In this document: in pieces, positions 39,649-48,836 of the stretch | How positions within the stretch are numbered: position 1 is the first letter of the stretch | How the letters are laid out: each line of letters starts with the position of its first letter | From: an uncultured virus (IMG/VR IMGVR_UViG_3300026097_000002) | Lineage: Duplodnaviria; Heunggongvirae; Uroviricota; Caudoviricetes; Crassvirales | Strand: one strand, 5' to 3' | Virus record (IMG/VR): IMGVR_UViG_3300026097_000002 | DNA length: 64,000 nucleotides | Program-made: the position numbers and the translations under genes | The notes under the pieces: generated by a model | The model's database searches: none | Seen by the model: only the letters and a program-made list of their open reading frames with translations | Told to the model about the DNA's origin: nothing

Positions 39649-42028
39649 CTTCCTTAGTTTTAAACACTATCCATCGCCCTAACTTATCTCTGCCCTCCAC
39701 AGCTTCAACGCCATCCATAAAGGTAGCGAACGCAAGCAGCCACTTGTAGAACAGTGTTCTAGATATAGTCATCTTCGCCTTCGGAGCAAAGTCAGGGTTA
39801 TCAGTAATAAAATCATTATACAGGTCGTCTTTAAATATCCTCTTATCGTACACGATAACATCCGCAGACTTGGTGCCCTCAACAAGTCCTAGCCACTCGA
39901 TGAACTCGTGACAGGTCTCAGAGGCAAGCTTACGTATGCCTAGGTTCTTGAACTCAGACTTAACAAGCCCGCTCTCTAGGTACAGCTGTAGGTTGCTGAT
40001 CATGTAGTTATCAAACGCAAGCCACTCCTGCTCTGTCCATTCGTCGAACAGCCGCATACCGAACTCATCCACGGGGGTGTAGTCCTTGTTGTAGTGCTGC
40101 CTGAACTCAAGCTCCCACTTACGGCGCTCGAAGGAGTTACCCTTACCGCTTATCGCGTAGTTGGTCGTGATCACGATCTTAGGGCTGTGCCTGAAAGGTA
40201 TCTTTATCGCGTCCTTGTTCTTCTTCTCAAGGGTGATACCCTCAGTTATAACAGAGAACAGTCTCTCGAAAGGGAAGCCCTTCTTGACGTCGTCAAACGA
40301 TATCACCTGCGTGTCGGTAGATATGGTCTGGAACGCAAACTGCTTGTCGAACGAGAAGGTCTTACCGTCGATGTACGACACCTTCTTCATCTTGCTTATA
40401 GCCTGAACAAACAGCCCCTTACCCGTACCTCCCTCAGGGTTGTCGGTGATCACCTCGTCGTTTAGTATCACAGATGGGCAGAAGCCCGGATCCTTGTAGC
40501 CGCTCATAAGGAAACCTATGGTAGACCTGAACGACAGTATAGCCTCCTCACTGCCTCCAGATATGTTAGACAGGAACCCCTTGAAGTCACAGTCGTCATT
40601 GTCTGCAGGGATGTAGTCCCTATCTATCACCTGATCTCTCCACACGAACCCACCAAGGTCCACGTAGTCTATCTGCTCCAAGCTGTCCTTCATAACCTTT
40701 AGCGCGCAGTTGCGGAAGTAGATGAACGACATATCAAGGGTGTCCTCGACGAAGTGGATGTTCACCGTGTCTAGCAGGGACAGGAAGTCCTCCTTGAAGA
40801 ACCGCGTCTTGTCTGCGAAGTAGTTGTAGATGGACAGGTCCTCGAACTTCTCTAGGTAGCCTAGCACCATATCCTTCACGTCCTCCTCAGCAGCCTTATC
40901 GATAAGGTTGTTGGTCACCTTGACGAACATATACTTGTCGCTACCGTGTGGCGCGTACTTGTAGAAACCGTTCTGCTGAAGGAACTCCTTGAATACGTAG
41001 TGTATGATATTAACAGCCCCCTTGTCAGATACCGTCCAGAACTTACTCACGGACATGTTCTTCTCTATGGACTCCACCACCTCATCGACGTCTTCTTCAG
41101 CTACGCTAAGCTCTATTAGGTCTTTCTTTATTTCCTTCGAGGACGCGCCGCTTATGATCCTTGACTTGATCCGATGAACTTCGTTCTCGTCCTCGTAGAA
41201 CTTTGTTCCGTGCGCAGCTCTGTTCCTGTAGGCAGACTCTATGGTGTTCTTTATCTCTGATGCCGGGAAGTCAGAGGACTGCATCTGCATTATAACGTAC
41301 TCAGCCAGAGACTTACTGATACCGAAGTCGTTGAACGCCGCGGCAAGCACGAACACGTTGTTGTTACGAGCTCCCTCGACTAGACCGTACTCCTTCTCCC
41401 ACCACCTCATCAGCCTGTCCATTATCTTGTTCTCATCCCTGATCGGTATGGTGGTGCGTATAGACCTCATATCCAGTGGCTTAGACTCCTCCTCAGATAG
41501 CTTGGTCCATACGTCAGACTCTAGGTTGATGTGGATCTCCGGATCGTACGACTCGTAGCACACACGGCTGATGTTCTTAGAGGTCACATCAAACTCAGGG
41601 CACCCGAAGTACTTCTCCAGCGCATCAAAGTACCGCTTGTGGTTCTCTATCTCAGAAGGGATCTTAACGATCACCTTTAGACCGTCGCCGCTAGGGCTAA
41701 CGAACACAGCCATCACGTGAGCGTCCTCCTTCAGGGTCTCCTTAAACTCAAGCATATCTCGCTTGGTCTTGTAGCCATCGAAGTCAAGGCAGATCAGTCC
41801 GCTGTGCTCGATGATCGCGTCGTCCGCTCTCTTCTGGAACGTACCCGAGAAACAGATCGCAGGGAGCCCCTTCTTCAGCTCGTTACGCTTGGTCTTATCC
41901 TTCTCCTTACGGATCTGCTTGATAAGGTCGGCGTACTTGCCCGTCTGTATCCTATCGAAGACAACCTTCACGTCTCTGTGAAACGGCGTGGACGTCTCCT
42001 TGATGTTGCTAAATATAGTTACGGTCAT
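39617..42028 (-). CDS. Primase-helicase (VirE/BT4734-like N-terminus, PriCT, P-loop helicase)
   Basis: K..LP...FSG.F..R...HSGLICLDFD...SPSGDGLK, GARNN, GGTGKG, FDDV, ITTNY, SFERR. Confidence 0.85.
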   Translation of the reverse strand: MTVTIFSNIKETSTPFHRDVKVVFDRIQTGKYADLIKQIRKEKDKTKRNELKKGLPAICFSGTFQKRADDAIIEHSGLICLDFDGYKTKRDMLEFKETLKEDAHVMAVFVSPSGDGLKVIVKIPSEIENHKRYFDALEKYFGCPEFDVTSKNISRVCYESYDPEIHINLESDVWTKLSEEESKPLDMRSIRTTIPIRDENKIMDRLMRWWEKEYGLVEGARNNNVFVLAAAFNDFGISKSLAEYVIMQMQSSDFPASEIKNTIESAYRNRAAHGTKFYEDENEVHRIKSRIISGASSKEIKKDLIELSVAEEDVDEVVESIEKNMSVSKFWTVSDKGAVNIIHYVFKEFLQQNGFYKYAPHGSDKYMFVKVTNNLIDKAAEEDVKDMVLGYLEKFEDLSIYNYFADKTRFFKEDFLSLLDTVNIHFVEDTLDMSFIYFRNCALKVMKDSLEQIDYVDLGGFVWRDQVIDRDYIPADNDDCDFKGFLSNISGGSEEAILSFRSTIGFLMSGYKDPGFCPSVILNDEVITDNPEGGTGKGLFVQAISKMKKVSYIDGKTFSFDKQFAFQTISTDTQVISFDDVKKGFPFERLFSVITEGITLEKKNKDAIKIPFRHSPKIVITTNYAISGKGNSFERRKWELEFRQHYNKDYTPVDEFGMRLFDEWTEQEWLAFDNYMISNLQLYLESGLVKSEFKNLGIRKLASETCHEFIEWLGLVEGTKSADVIVYDKRIFKDDLYNDFITDNPDFAPKAKMTISRTLFYKWLLAFATFMDGVEAVEGRDKLGRWIVFKTKEDAVHEGELVF

Positions 42029-42504
42029 AGCATCTTAATGATTGCGTCAAGCCTTAGCCTGACAAGTTCTACTTTATCTTCAGGTATGCGTGTGATGAGG
42101 TCCTCGAAGTTACCTACCTTCACTAGCCTGCGGTTCTCCTCCTCAACGATCTTCAGCTTGTACCTCAGGTTGGCGACTTCTCTCTTGGCCTCCTCATGCG
42201 ATGCAGGTATGGTCTCGATCTGCCCCTGCTCGAAGTCTATCTCCTTACACAGCCTGTTGTAGGACTTCACTACATCCGGCTCGAAGCGTACTATGGTAGG
42301 GAACACGTTGCGTATGGCGTGAAGCACTGTCGCGTGGTCTGTGCCTACATCTTTTCCGATACTACTGAGGGTCCTGTTGAACATATCTCTCGCTATCTTA
42401 TAGTAGACCGTCCTTCCGTACACGTAGATCCTCGCTCTCGATCTCTTTGTTATATCTACCCCAAACTCTTTAGAAACCTTCTCAATGATATCTTTATTTT
42501 TCAT
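42025..42504 (-). CDS. DnaA C-terminal-like HTH DNA-binding protein
   Basis: SR.R..V..R...LSSIGKDVGTDHATVLHA resembles DnaA domain IV. Confidence 0.75.
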   Translation of the reverse strand: MKNKDIIEKVSKEFGVDITKRSRARIYVYGRTVYYKIARDMFNRTLSSIGKDVGTDHATVLHAIRNVFPTIVRFEPDVVKSYNRLCKEIDFEQGQIETIPASHEEAKREVANLRYKLKIVEEENRRLVKVGNFEDLITRIPEDKVELVRLRLDAIIKML

Positions 42505-42736
42505 TTCTCTTCATTACATTAATAAATAAACTCAGTTCTTTTGCGTCTTCAAATATTACCCTGCTCTCCATAAACTGGGCTATCCATTTACCGTCCTCTA
42601 TCTCGTCGTGAGCTGGAGTAAGCAGGTACACATCCTCATCAAAGTCGTATACGTAGTAGTAGAATGGTTCGGCCCAGTTGCCTTCCCCCTCATCCTGTCT
42701 CTCGAATCCTAGGTCAATTAGTTCTTGCTCTGTCAT
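42494..42736 (-). CDS. Small acidic hypothetical protein
   Basis: MTEQELIDLGFER; paralogous to 42978..43259. Confidence 0.7.
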   Translation of the reverse strand: MTEQELIDLGFERQDEGEGNWAEPFYYYVYDFDEDVYLLTPAHDEIEDGKWIAQFMESRVIFEDAKELSLFINVMKRNEK

Positions 42737-42738
42737 AT

Positions 42739-42894
42739 CTACAAGTTTGTTCTTATTCCAATATTCCCTCTTGAGTCTATACGCATACGTTCTACCGGTC
42801 TTTTTTCTTGAATCGTTTTGTGTATAGCAACCGGTGCAATAACCGTAACTGCAGACAACGCACCGATGCTTTTTAAAAAATCTTTTCTGTTCAT
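42739..42894 (-). CDS. 51-aa ORF: Tat-like leader plus one tail-fibre repeat (not in ORF track)
   Basis: MNRKDFLKSIGALSAVTVIAPVAIHKTIQEKRPVERMRIDSRGNIGIRTNL; stop 2 nt before next ATG. Confidence 0.6.
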   Translation of the reverse strand: MNRKDFLKSIGALSAVTVIAPVAIHKTIQEKRPVERMRIDSRGNIGIRTNL

Positions 42895-42977
42895 TTTAGA
42901 GTTTGTTGCGTTTTTGTTTTAGAGTTTGTGGTTAGCTTATACGCTTAATTTATACCACAATATGTAAGTTTATAGGC

Positions 42978-43259
42978 TTACTCTATGTTTGGCAGAACCA
43001 CATCTATTTCTCTGAGGGTTTTTAGTAACCATTTAAGTTTCTCAAGATTGACTTCCTTATACGAGTTGCTTGCTATACACAACGTCCATTTACCATCATT
43101 TACCTCATCATCTTGGAATACATCAATGGTGTCTAACCAAGAACAAAACAAGTTACCAAACTGACCCACAAGACTGTATGTGATGTATTCCTTTTTAGCT
43201 ACATCGTCATAGTCAGTTTCCTTCTCAAATCCTAATTCAAATAAATCTTTTTCTGTCAT
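42978..43259 (-). CDS. Small acidic hypothetical protein
   Basis: MTEKDLFELGFEK...DEVNDGKW. Confidence 0.7.
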   Translation of the reverse strand: MTEKDLFELGFEKETDYDDVAKKEYITYSLVGQFGNLFCSWLDTIDVFQDDEVNDGKWTLCIASNSYKEVNLEKLKWLLKTLREIDVVLPNIE

Positions 43260-43552
43260 TGCTCAATAATTTTGGTTTGTCCAGCCTTCTCTAATTCCAT
43301 CTGTAGGTTCGCTAGGGCTCTCCAAGCTACCTTGGCTGAGTGTCTTATACCGTCGTCGTCTATCTGTCCGGCCTGTATCAGGTGTCGTGATAGCGCGTCC
43401 AAGTGGTCGCTGGACTTACCCCTGTCCCAGTGCAGTGGCTTATCGGGGTGGTGCTGCTGGTTTCCAGCCCAAGAGGTGCGTGCTACCTCTAGTATCGCGT
43501 CAGGGAAGTACTTCAGTACGCCCGTGAACACAGGTTTATTTTTTCTGCTCAT
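43256..43552 (-). CDS. dATP/dGTP diphosphohydrolase-like domain protein (DUF5664-like)
   Basis: FPDAILEVA..S..G..H...W.R.KS.DH.DAL.RH...HSAKVAWRALA.LQ. Confidence 0.7.
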   Translation of the reverse strand: MSRKNKPVFTGVLKYFPDAILEVARTSWAGNQQHHPDKPLHWDRGKSSDHLDALSRHLIQAGQIDDDGIRHSAKVAWRALANLQMELEKAGQTKIIEQ

Positions 43553-43663
43553 CGCCGATTAGTTTTACGATTATAAATGCTAAGATGATGGTGTTGACGT
43601 TTACAGGCAGTAGCCCGTTAAGTAGTGAAAGCGCCAAGAAGAACACTACCGTAAGTACGTACC

Positions 43664-43876
43664 TCATTCTTCCTCCTTGAAGTACTTGTTAATCCACTCC
43701 TGCTCCTTAACCTCGTCGACAAAAGATACGTATGCCTCGAAGAATAAGAACGATACTACGATATAGACACCTGAGTGGTCGTAGCTTATCTCTAGTGCTG
43801 GTAACACGTTTATCTGCCACCAAGATACTGATGAGTAGAGCTCTAAGCTGTACCTTCCTAGTTTTGATTTTTTCAT
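43664..43876 (-). CDS. Small hydrophobic hypothetical protein
   Basis: ORF with A/T-rich start context. Confidence 0.55.
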   Translation of the reverse strand: MKKSKLGRYSLELYSSVSWWQINVLPALEISYDHSGVYIVVSFLFFEAYVSFVDEVKEQEWINKYFKEEE

Positions 43877-43979
43877 TTAAATAGATTTAGAGACGCCAGA
43901 TCTAGGGTGCTCGGGTCACACACCCCGTCACTGACTAATTAACCAAAAACTCAAATATGGAAAAACTCCCGATGTAGAT

Positions 43980-44009
43980 CCCTGCCAAGGAGTCGAACCT
44001 CAGGCAGGG
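43980..44009 (-). ncRNA. tRNA T-arm-like capped hairpin (minihelix)
   Basis: Minus strand CCCTGCC-tga-GGTTCGACTCC-tt-GGCAGGG. Confidence 0.5.
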
Positions 44010-44015
44010 TGGTTA

Positions 44016-44678
44016 CTAGATGTCTAGCTCTAGTGTTTCTTCCTCGACCTCGATCTCTCTTAGGTCGTTAGAGAAGTAGTTGTCCATGTGCTTCTTAAGC
44101 GCACCTGCGGCGGAGTCCGCTTGGTTTGACTGATCAACGTTTAAGGGCTTGCCTAGCGAGAACACAGGTACGCTGTACTTAACGCTTCCCTTCTTCTCGT
44201 CCTTAGACGAAGTGACCTCAACCCACTGGTTGTCGATGAGGTTCCTAGAGGCCTCCATAAAGTCAGACCACTCCTTCACGACCGCACCCTTGAGCGCGAT
44301 GTTAGCGACAGATCCGTCCTCTAGCATTACGTACACAGATCGGTGGTACTTACCTCCGGCGGCAACAACATCAGGCTTGATGTCCTTGTAGAGCCCGCTA
44401 GCGATCTTCTTACCCTTGAAGGTCTGAACGCTTAGGTTCTCCTTACCGATGTAGAACACCTCGTTAGAGTAGATACCCGTCTGCGTGGCATCGTTCCACC
44501 CCTTTATGGTGTGGTAGTGCTGTAGGAAAACAAAGCGCAACGGAAGCTCAACAGCGATGTTGTCGCCTGAAGCTTTGTCGTAGTAGCTGAACTGCTTATC
44601 TACAGATTTCCAAGCTAGGTACTTGGTCGTTGGGTTAGAGCTCTTAGGGCTCTCGTTAGTGTGGGCAAATCTTGCCAT
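44016..44678 (-). CDS. Probable ssDNA-binding/annealing protein (start ATG 44678)
   Basis: Follows RecE-like exonuclease; acidic tail EIEVEEETLELDI. Confidence 0.5.
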   Translation of the reverse strand: MARFAHTNESPKSSNPTTKYLAWKSVDKQFSYYDKASGDNIAVELPLRFVFLQHYHTIKGWNDATQTGIYSNEVFYIGKENLSVQTFKGKKIASGLYKDIKPDVVAAGGKYHRSVYVMLEDGSVANIALKGAVVKEWSDFMEASRNLIDNQWVEVTSSKDEKKGSVKYSVPVFSLGKPLNVDQSNQADSAAGALKKHMDNYFSNDLREIEVEEETLELDI

Positions 44679-44724
44679 AAAAAAAAGTGTATTTGATGCG
44701 AGGGACAAGCCCCCCTCGCTTGGG

Positions 44725-45480
44725 CTAAAGTATTAGTGTGCCGTCCTGATGTTTCGGCCAGCTGTCGAAGCGCTCGATGTATCCGGTCTCTAGGTAGTTC
44801 TTCCACTTAGATACCGCTCCTACCATCAGCTCGTAGCCCTCCTCCTGCATCTGCTCAGATAGCGTGTAGGGCACCACGTCGTAGGGGTAGTTCTTCTGCA
44901 TCGCTATGAACTTAAACTGATCCATCGTGTAGCCGAGCACCTCGCAGTAGAACGCCGCCTGAATGTGCCAGTTGTACTTGTACACGTCGCGTCTGAATGC
45001 CTTAGGCGATGCGTTCTGGCAGGTCTTGATGTCCGACAGGAACTCAGGGTTCTTCACGTCTGGTCTTACCTTCACCTTGACGCCCATGTACTCGGAGTAG
45101 TGCGACAGCTCGACCTCCCCCTGCAGGTACATCTGCACCAGTGGGCTATCTCTTACGCTGTTCTCTAGTCCGGTGATCACGCCTCCGTGCTCAGCCTTCA
45201 GCAGTAGCTTGCCTGTCTTCTGATACTCAGCGTACAGCTCCTTTCCTGCCTTGTACGTCCTGTTCATAGGCTCCATCACTAGGTAGTTCTTCAGGTACTC
45301 GTTAGGCTCTAGGAACCTAGCGTGCACAGCCGTGCCGAGGAACATATCCTCAGACTCCTTGTACGGGGTAGAGTGCAACAGGTGGTACACCGACATAGAC
45401 GCTATGGTCTTCACCGCTGATGATGATAGGTAACGCTTGTTCGCGTGGTACTCCTCGTTTGTCTCTACCTTGGTTGTCAT
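44725..45480 (-). CDS. PD-(D/E)xK exonuclease VIII/RecE-like (DUF3799-like)
   Basis: YH...LSSS..K, GTAVHA..LEP, KVRPD, DIKT, QAAFY. Confidence 0.85.
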   Translation of the reverse strand: MTTKVETNEEYHANKRYLSSSAVKTIASMSVYHLLHSTPYKESEDMFLGTAVHARFLEPNEYLKNYLVMEPMNRTYKAGKELYAEYQKTGKLLLKAEHGGVITGLENSVRDSPLVQMYLQGEVELSHYSEYMGVKVKVRPDVKNPEFLSDIKTCQNASPKAFRRDVYKYNWHIQAAFYCEVLGYTMDQFKFIAMQKNYPYDVVPYTLSEQMQEEGYELMVGAVSKWKNYLETGYIERFDSWPKHQDGTLIL

Positions 45481-45776
45481 AGGTTCTCTAGCTTTTTAGT
45501 TAGGGCGTTTGTTATGTACTTAGACCCACCGAAGTCTCTGATCTGCCTGAGGTACTTGTCCCTCTTGTAGGCCTTCACCCCCTCATCGAAGCCCTGCTCC
45601 AAGAAGATCGTGACGATGTCGTTACCTACCTTGACGTAGAAGTCACTCTCGGTGGACAGCATATGGAACCCGTCCTCGTCCTTCACCATCTTCAACCCCT
45701 GATACAGTCGCGCCTCGTAGTCTCTTGTACTTAGATCCGCTCCGCGCTCTACAAATTCATTCCAGATGTGTTCCAT
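45477..45776 (-). CDS. Hypothetical protein
   Basis: ORF with TATATTTG box at 45786-45793 (minus). Confidence 0.65.
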   Translation of the reverse strand: MEHIWNEFVERGADLSTRDYEARLYQGLKMVKDEDGFHMLSTESDFYVKVGNDIVTIFLEQGFDEGVKAYKRDKYLRQIRDFGGSKYITNALTKKLENL

Positions 45777-45808
45777 TTCTTTTCACAAATATATGTTTAT
45801 AAACCATT

Positions 45809-46003
45809 CTAAACAAGCTTTCTCTTAAAAAAGTTTGTCTTCCTGCTTAAATTATTTTTTATCACGAACAGGTCGTAAGCCTTGGCCGCGTCCTTAGGGT
45901 CGTCGTAGTACCCAAGCTGAACCGTCTCGTTGTTGTACTTGATCCTAGCTATCCACTTCTTCTGCCCCCTCGATACCCCAAGGTATGGTGTCGTTTTTCT
46001 CAT
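45809..46003 (-). CDS. Stand-alone AP2-domain DNA-binding protein
   Basis: YLGVS...KWIARI......LGYYD....AAKAYD.....TNF. Confidence 0.85.
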   Translation of the reverse strand: MRKTTPYLGVSRGQKKWIARIKYNNETVQLGYYDDPKDAAKAYDLFVIKNNLSRKTNFFKRKLV

Positions 46004-46007
46004 ATAC

Positions 46008-46150
46008 TTCTTTTTTATTTTTTAATACTACTTTTATTTTTCTTTGGCTCTCTCATATAGAGTAAAATCGACATTTTCGACACCCCCCTGTATTTACAGG
46101 CCTTCCGAGATGTCGATTTGGTGTCGATTTACCTATCTGGTGTCGATTTT
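46008..46150. repeat. Iteron-rich element A (inverted copy of 50811-50963)
   Basis: TTCTTTTTTATTTTTTAAT...AAAATCGACATTTTCGACACC...TGTCGATTTGGTGTCGATTT..TCTGGTGTCGATTTT. Confidence 0.85.
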
Positions 46151-46477
46151 CAGCTTTATGGTCACGTTGTCCCACCTGCCGAACCGTCTTTTTTTCGATA
46201 CGAGGAAGTCTATTCTGTTCCTCCACCGCTTGTTCATTCGGTCTTCTATGGTCCACTCTCCGTCCATATCACCCGCTCCCGACACGATCACCTTGCTCCC
46301 CATAGTGAACCCATCAGCCTCAAGGTCTCTGCTTACCGCTATCCACCTCTCAGGCTTGTATGGGTCTTCTATGGTCTTAAGTGACGCTGTGGTCAGGTAG
46401 TCTTCGTTACACTGAGCAGGATCTGCGTGATATATCGTCGCTGTAACGCAGGCGACTATCAACAGCTCCCTTATCAA
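46133..46477 (-). CDS. 3D-domain (MltA-like) protein with hydrophobic N-terminus
   Basis: TATIY...TAS...IAVSRDL...EDRMNKRW.NRIDFL. Confidence 0.7.
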   Translation of the reverse strand: MIRELLIVACVTATIYHADPAQCNEDYLTTASLKTIEDPYKPERWIAVSRDLEADGFTMGSKVIVSGAGDMDGEWTIEDRMNKRWRNRIDFLVSKKRRFGRWDNVTIKLKIDTR

Positions 46478-46893
46478 GATATAAACTTAATCAAAGATTC
46501 AACAGACTGAAGGTCGTCGCACTCGATAGATCGTCCGTTTCTGCGTACGATAGCCTTACCGTTACTGAAGTTGATGGTGATGCCGTTACCCGCGGTAACC
46601 TGATGTGATACCACACGCTCGGCGTTAGTCGCAACGCGCTTTGTCTTGTTCTTTATATCTCTCTTGATCCTAGAGGCGATGCTCTTAAGGTTATTGAAGG
46701 TGCGGATGTTTATCTCCTCCTCCTTAAGCCACACGTAGGTACTGCCAACCTTGCCTATGATGTTGGTCTCAAGTAGTGCCTTAATGAAGTAGTACGACGC
46801 ACCGCTGTCCTTAGCTAGTGTGGTTGATGATCTGTACCTAACCTTAGAGCTAAGTAACTGTTTTACGTTCTTGATGTTCTCGAAATTTGTCAT
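46474..46893 (-). CDS. Basic hypothetical protein, possibly DNA-binding
   Basis: ORF starting MTNFENIK with A/T-rich upstream context. Confidence 0.55.
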   Translation of the reverse strand: MTNFENIKNVKQLLSSKVRYRSSTTLAKDSGASYYFIKALLETNIIGKVGSTYVWLKEEEINIRTFNNLKSIASRIKRDIKNKTKRVATNAERVVSHQVTAGNGITINFSNGKAIVRRNGRSIECDDLQSVESLIKFIS

Positions 46894-46947
46894 TGTAAAT
46901 TGAATTAAATAGTTAGTAAAATAAATAAAGTTGTCCAAAAAATTAGT

Positions 46948-47163
46948 TTAATTAATCCTGTTCTCGAATCCATGATAGAGTTTGATGATAGTGAACACCT
47001 CTTCGTCAGATAGAACGGATGTTACCGTCTGACAGTCGATGATGTACTTATCGTCTAGGGGCTCTACCTCATAGATTACGTAGTTGTTCCCGATGCTACC
47101 TGTTATCTTGTAGCGCCCGAAACGTTCCTGTACTACGAGTCTTACCATTTTCCTAGTGGGCAT
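46948..47163 (-). CDS. Early hypothetical protein
   Basis: In-operon ORF. Confidence 0.55.
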   Translation of the reverse strand: MPTRKMVRLVVQERFGRYKITGSIGNNYVIYEVEPLDDKYIIDCQTVTSVLSDEEVFTIIKLYHGFENRIN

Positions 47164-47396
47164 TTAGAGTTAGTAGATAAAGTCTTAGCTGAGATGTTGC
47201 AACCGCAACCACCTACAAGCTGTCCTGTAGCTACGTGCTCGCCCTTCTTGCGGGGGTCACACGTGTTACCTGTTCTGATGTCACAGCTATCGCATAGCAG
47301 TAGCCTGTCCTCCGATAGCCTCTTGGTATCGGGGTCTAGTTGGTTGAACCTGTCCTTGACAACGTTCGCCCACCCTTCTATGATGTCCCGTATCAT
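47142..47396 (-). CDS. Cys-rich putative Zn-binding protein
   Basis: R...CxxC...C...CGC...AK......CPLGKW. Confidence 0.7.
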   Translation of the reverse strand: MIRDIIEGWANVVKDRFNQLDPDTKRLSEDRLLLCDSCDIRTGNTCDPRKKGEHVATGQLVGGCGCNISAKTLSTNSKCPLGKW

Positions 47397-48836
47397 ACGT
47401 TCTCTCTTAGGTAGGTGGATAGCTTCAGTTGGTTGGATAGGCTAGGACGAGAAACGTCGTCCTTGAGTACGGCGCGAACAAGGTCATGCTCAAGCGCTAT
47501 CTCCGGTAGTACACCCACGTCGTCGCAGATGAATTGAAAGTCATTCTGTGTCATGCTGTGATAGTTTAAATTCAAGGTTCAGCACCTCGATGTTCAGGTT
47601 GTATATCTCCTTCTCCATAGCGGCTACTCTAGCCCTAAGGAACTCTAACTCTTCTTCCATATCTATGCTTCGTTACGGTTAAACTCTATCTGGTCTACAA
47701 GGTCCGAGAAGATGTCCGCTAGGTCCCTAGCGTCCTCCCAATCACAGTTCTTCATACAGAAGGTGAAGACCTCCTTAGGTGTCTTGTTAAGTAGCACCCT
47801 TATGGTGTCGGGGTCGAAGTAGTACTTTCGTGTCATAGTGTCCAAAATTTAAGTCCGTGATTTATTATCGTTTCCTCTACCTGATCGTCCGACGATAGGT
47901 GGTCCTCCTCGTCCGCTAGCCACTCAACTATCTCGTCCTCTAGCTTGTCGATGAAGGCCTCTAGGTCGCCGTCCTGCTTGTAGTCCCTAGCTATGTTAGC
48001 TAGATCGTTGTTGTTCATCATCAGCACTATCTCCTCAGCCACCTGCTCAGGTGGTAGGTATAGCTTGATGCTCGCGGCATCTCTGCTGTGGTATATGATA
48101 TCTATACCCATGTCCTGAAACATATCGTATGTCTCTAGCCACCAACCGTCGTACAGGTTGATCTCTCTGTGCTCCTCTATGGCTATCTGTTTCTGCCTAG
48201 TGGTTAGCTCGTCGTAGTGTAGGTGTCTCATTGTGTTTCGATAAATTCGCAGTGCTCCTTGCACGCACCGCATATGCCTAGGTCCTCGTTGTTAAGCCAC
48301 GGTGATGCACCGCAGCAGTCGCTTTCTATGTTCATATCTGCTTAATTTCTTTGATTATCTCTTCCTTATTTTCTTCTACGTATTCATGAATCTTACTGTT
48401 GATGAACTCAACGATTTCATCTCCGTATGATAGCAGCACAGACCTCATCTCGTTGTCAAAGAAGCTATCAAACTTATCTTGCTTCGCTACGTATTCTTTA
48501 GCGTCTATCTCATGGTATATTTCTAGGTAGGACTGAACGTCTAGCCCTGACCAACTTACTGCGGGTATAATATCTTTGCTCATCTTAATTAAATTTATAG
48601 TAGTTTGACTGAATGGTTTCTATTAAGTTTCTTCCGTAGGCCGTGTGGAACCCGTAGCTGTGGGTTCCGGTCATCGGCTCGTTCTCTATCAGCAGGTGAA
48701 ATAGCTTCACCGCGTTTAGCTTGTACTCCTTAGCTACCGCCCTGCAGGCGCTCACTAGCGCCTCTACGTTGTGTCTAGGGCGTCCGTAGTTCCTTGTGAT
48801 GTAGGCCTCAGCCTGCTTTACCGTTAGTGTCTTCAT
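47393..48836 (-). CDS. Array of small early hypothetical genes (47393-47575, 47663-47845, 47833-~48231, 48332-48583, 48585-48836)
   Basis: Tightly packed short minus-strand ORFs, several highly acidic. Confidence 0.6.

Noticed and set aside
43980..44009. tRNA gene
   Set aside because: Only a T-arm-like hairpin; no D or anticodon arm
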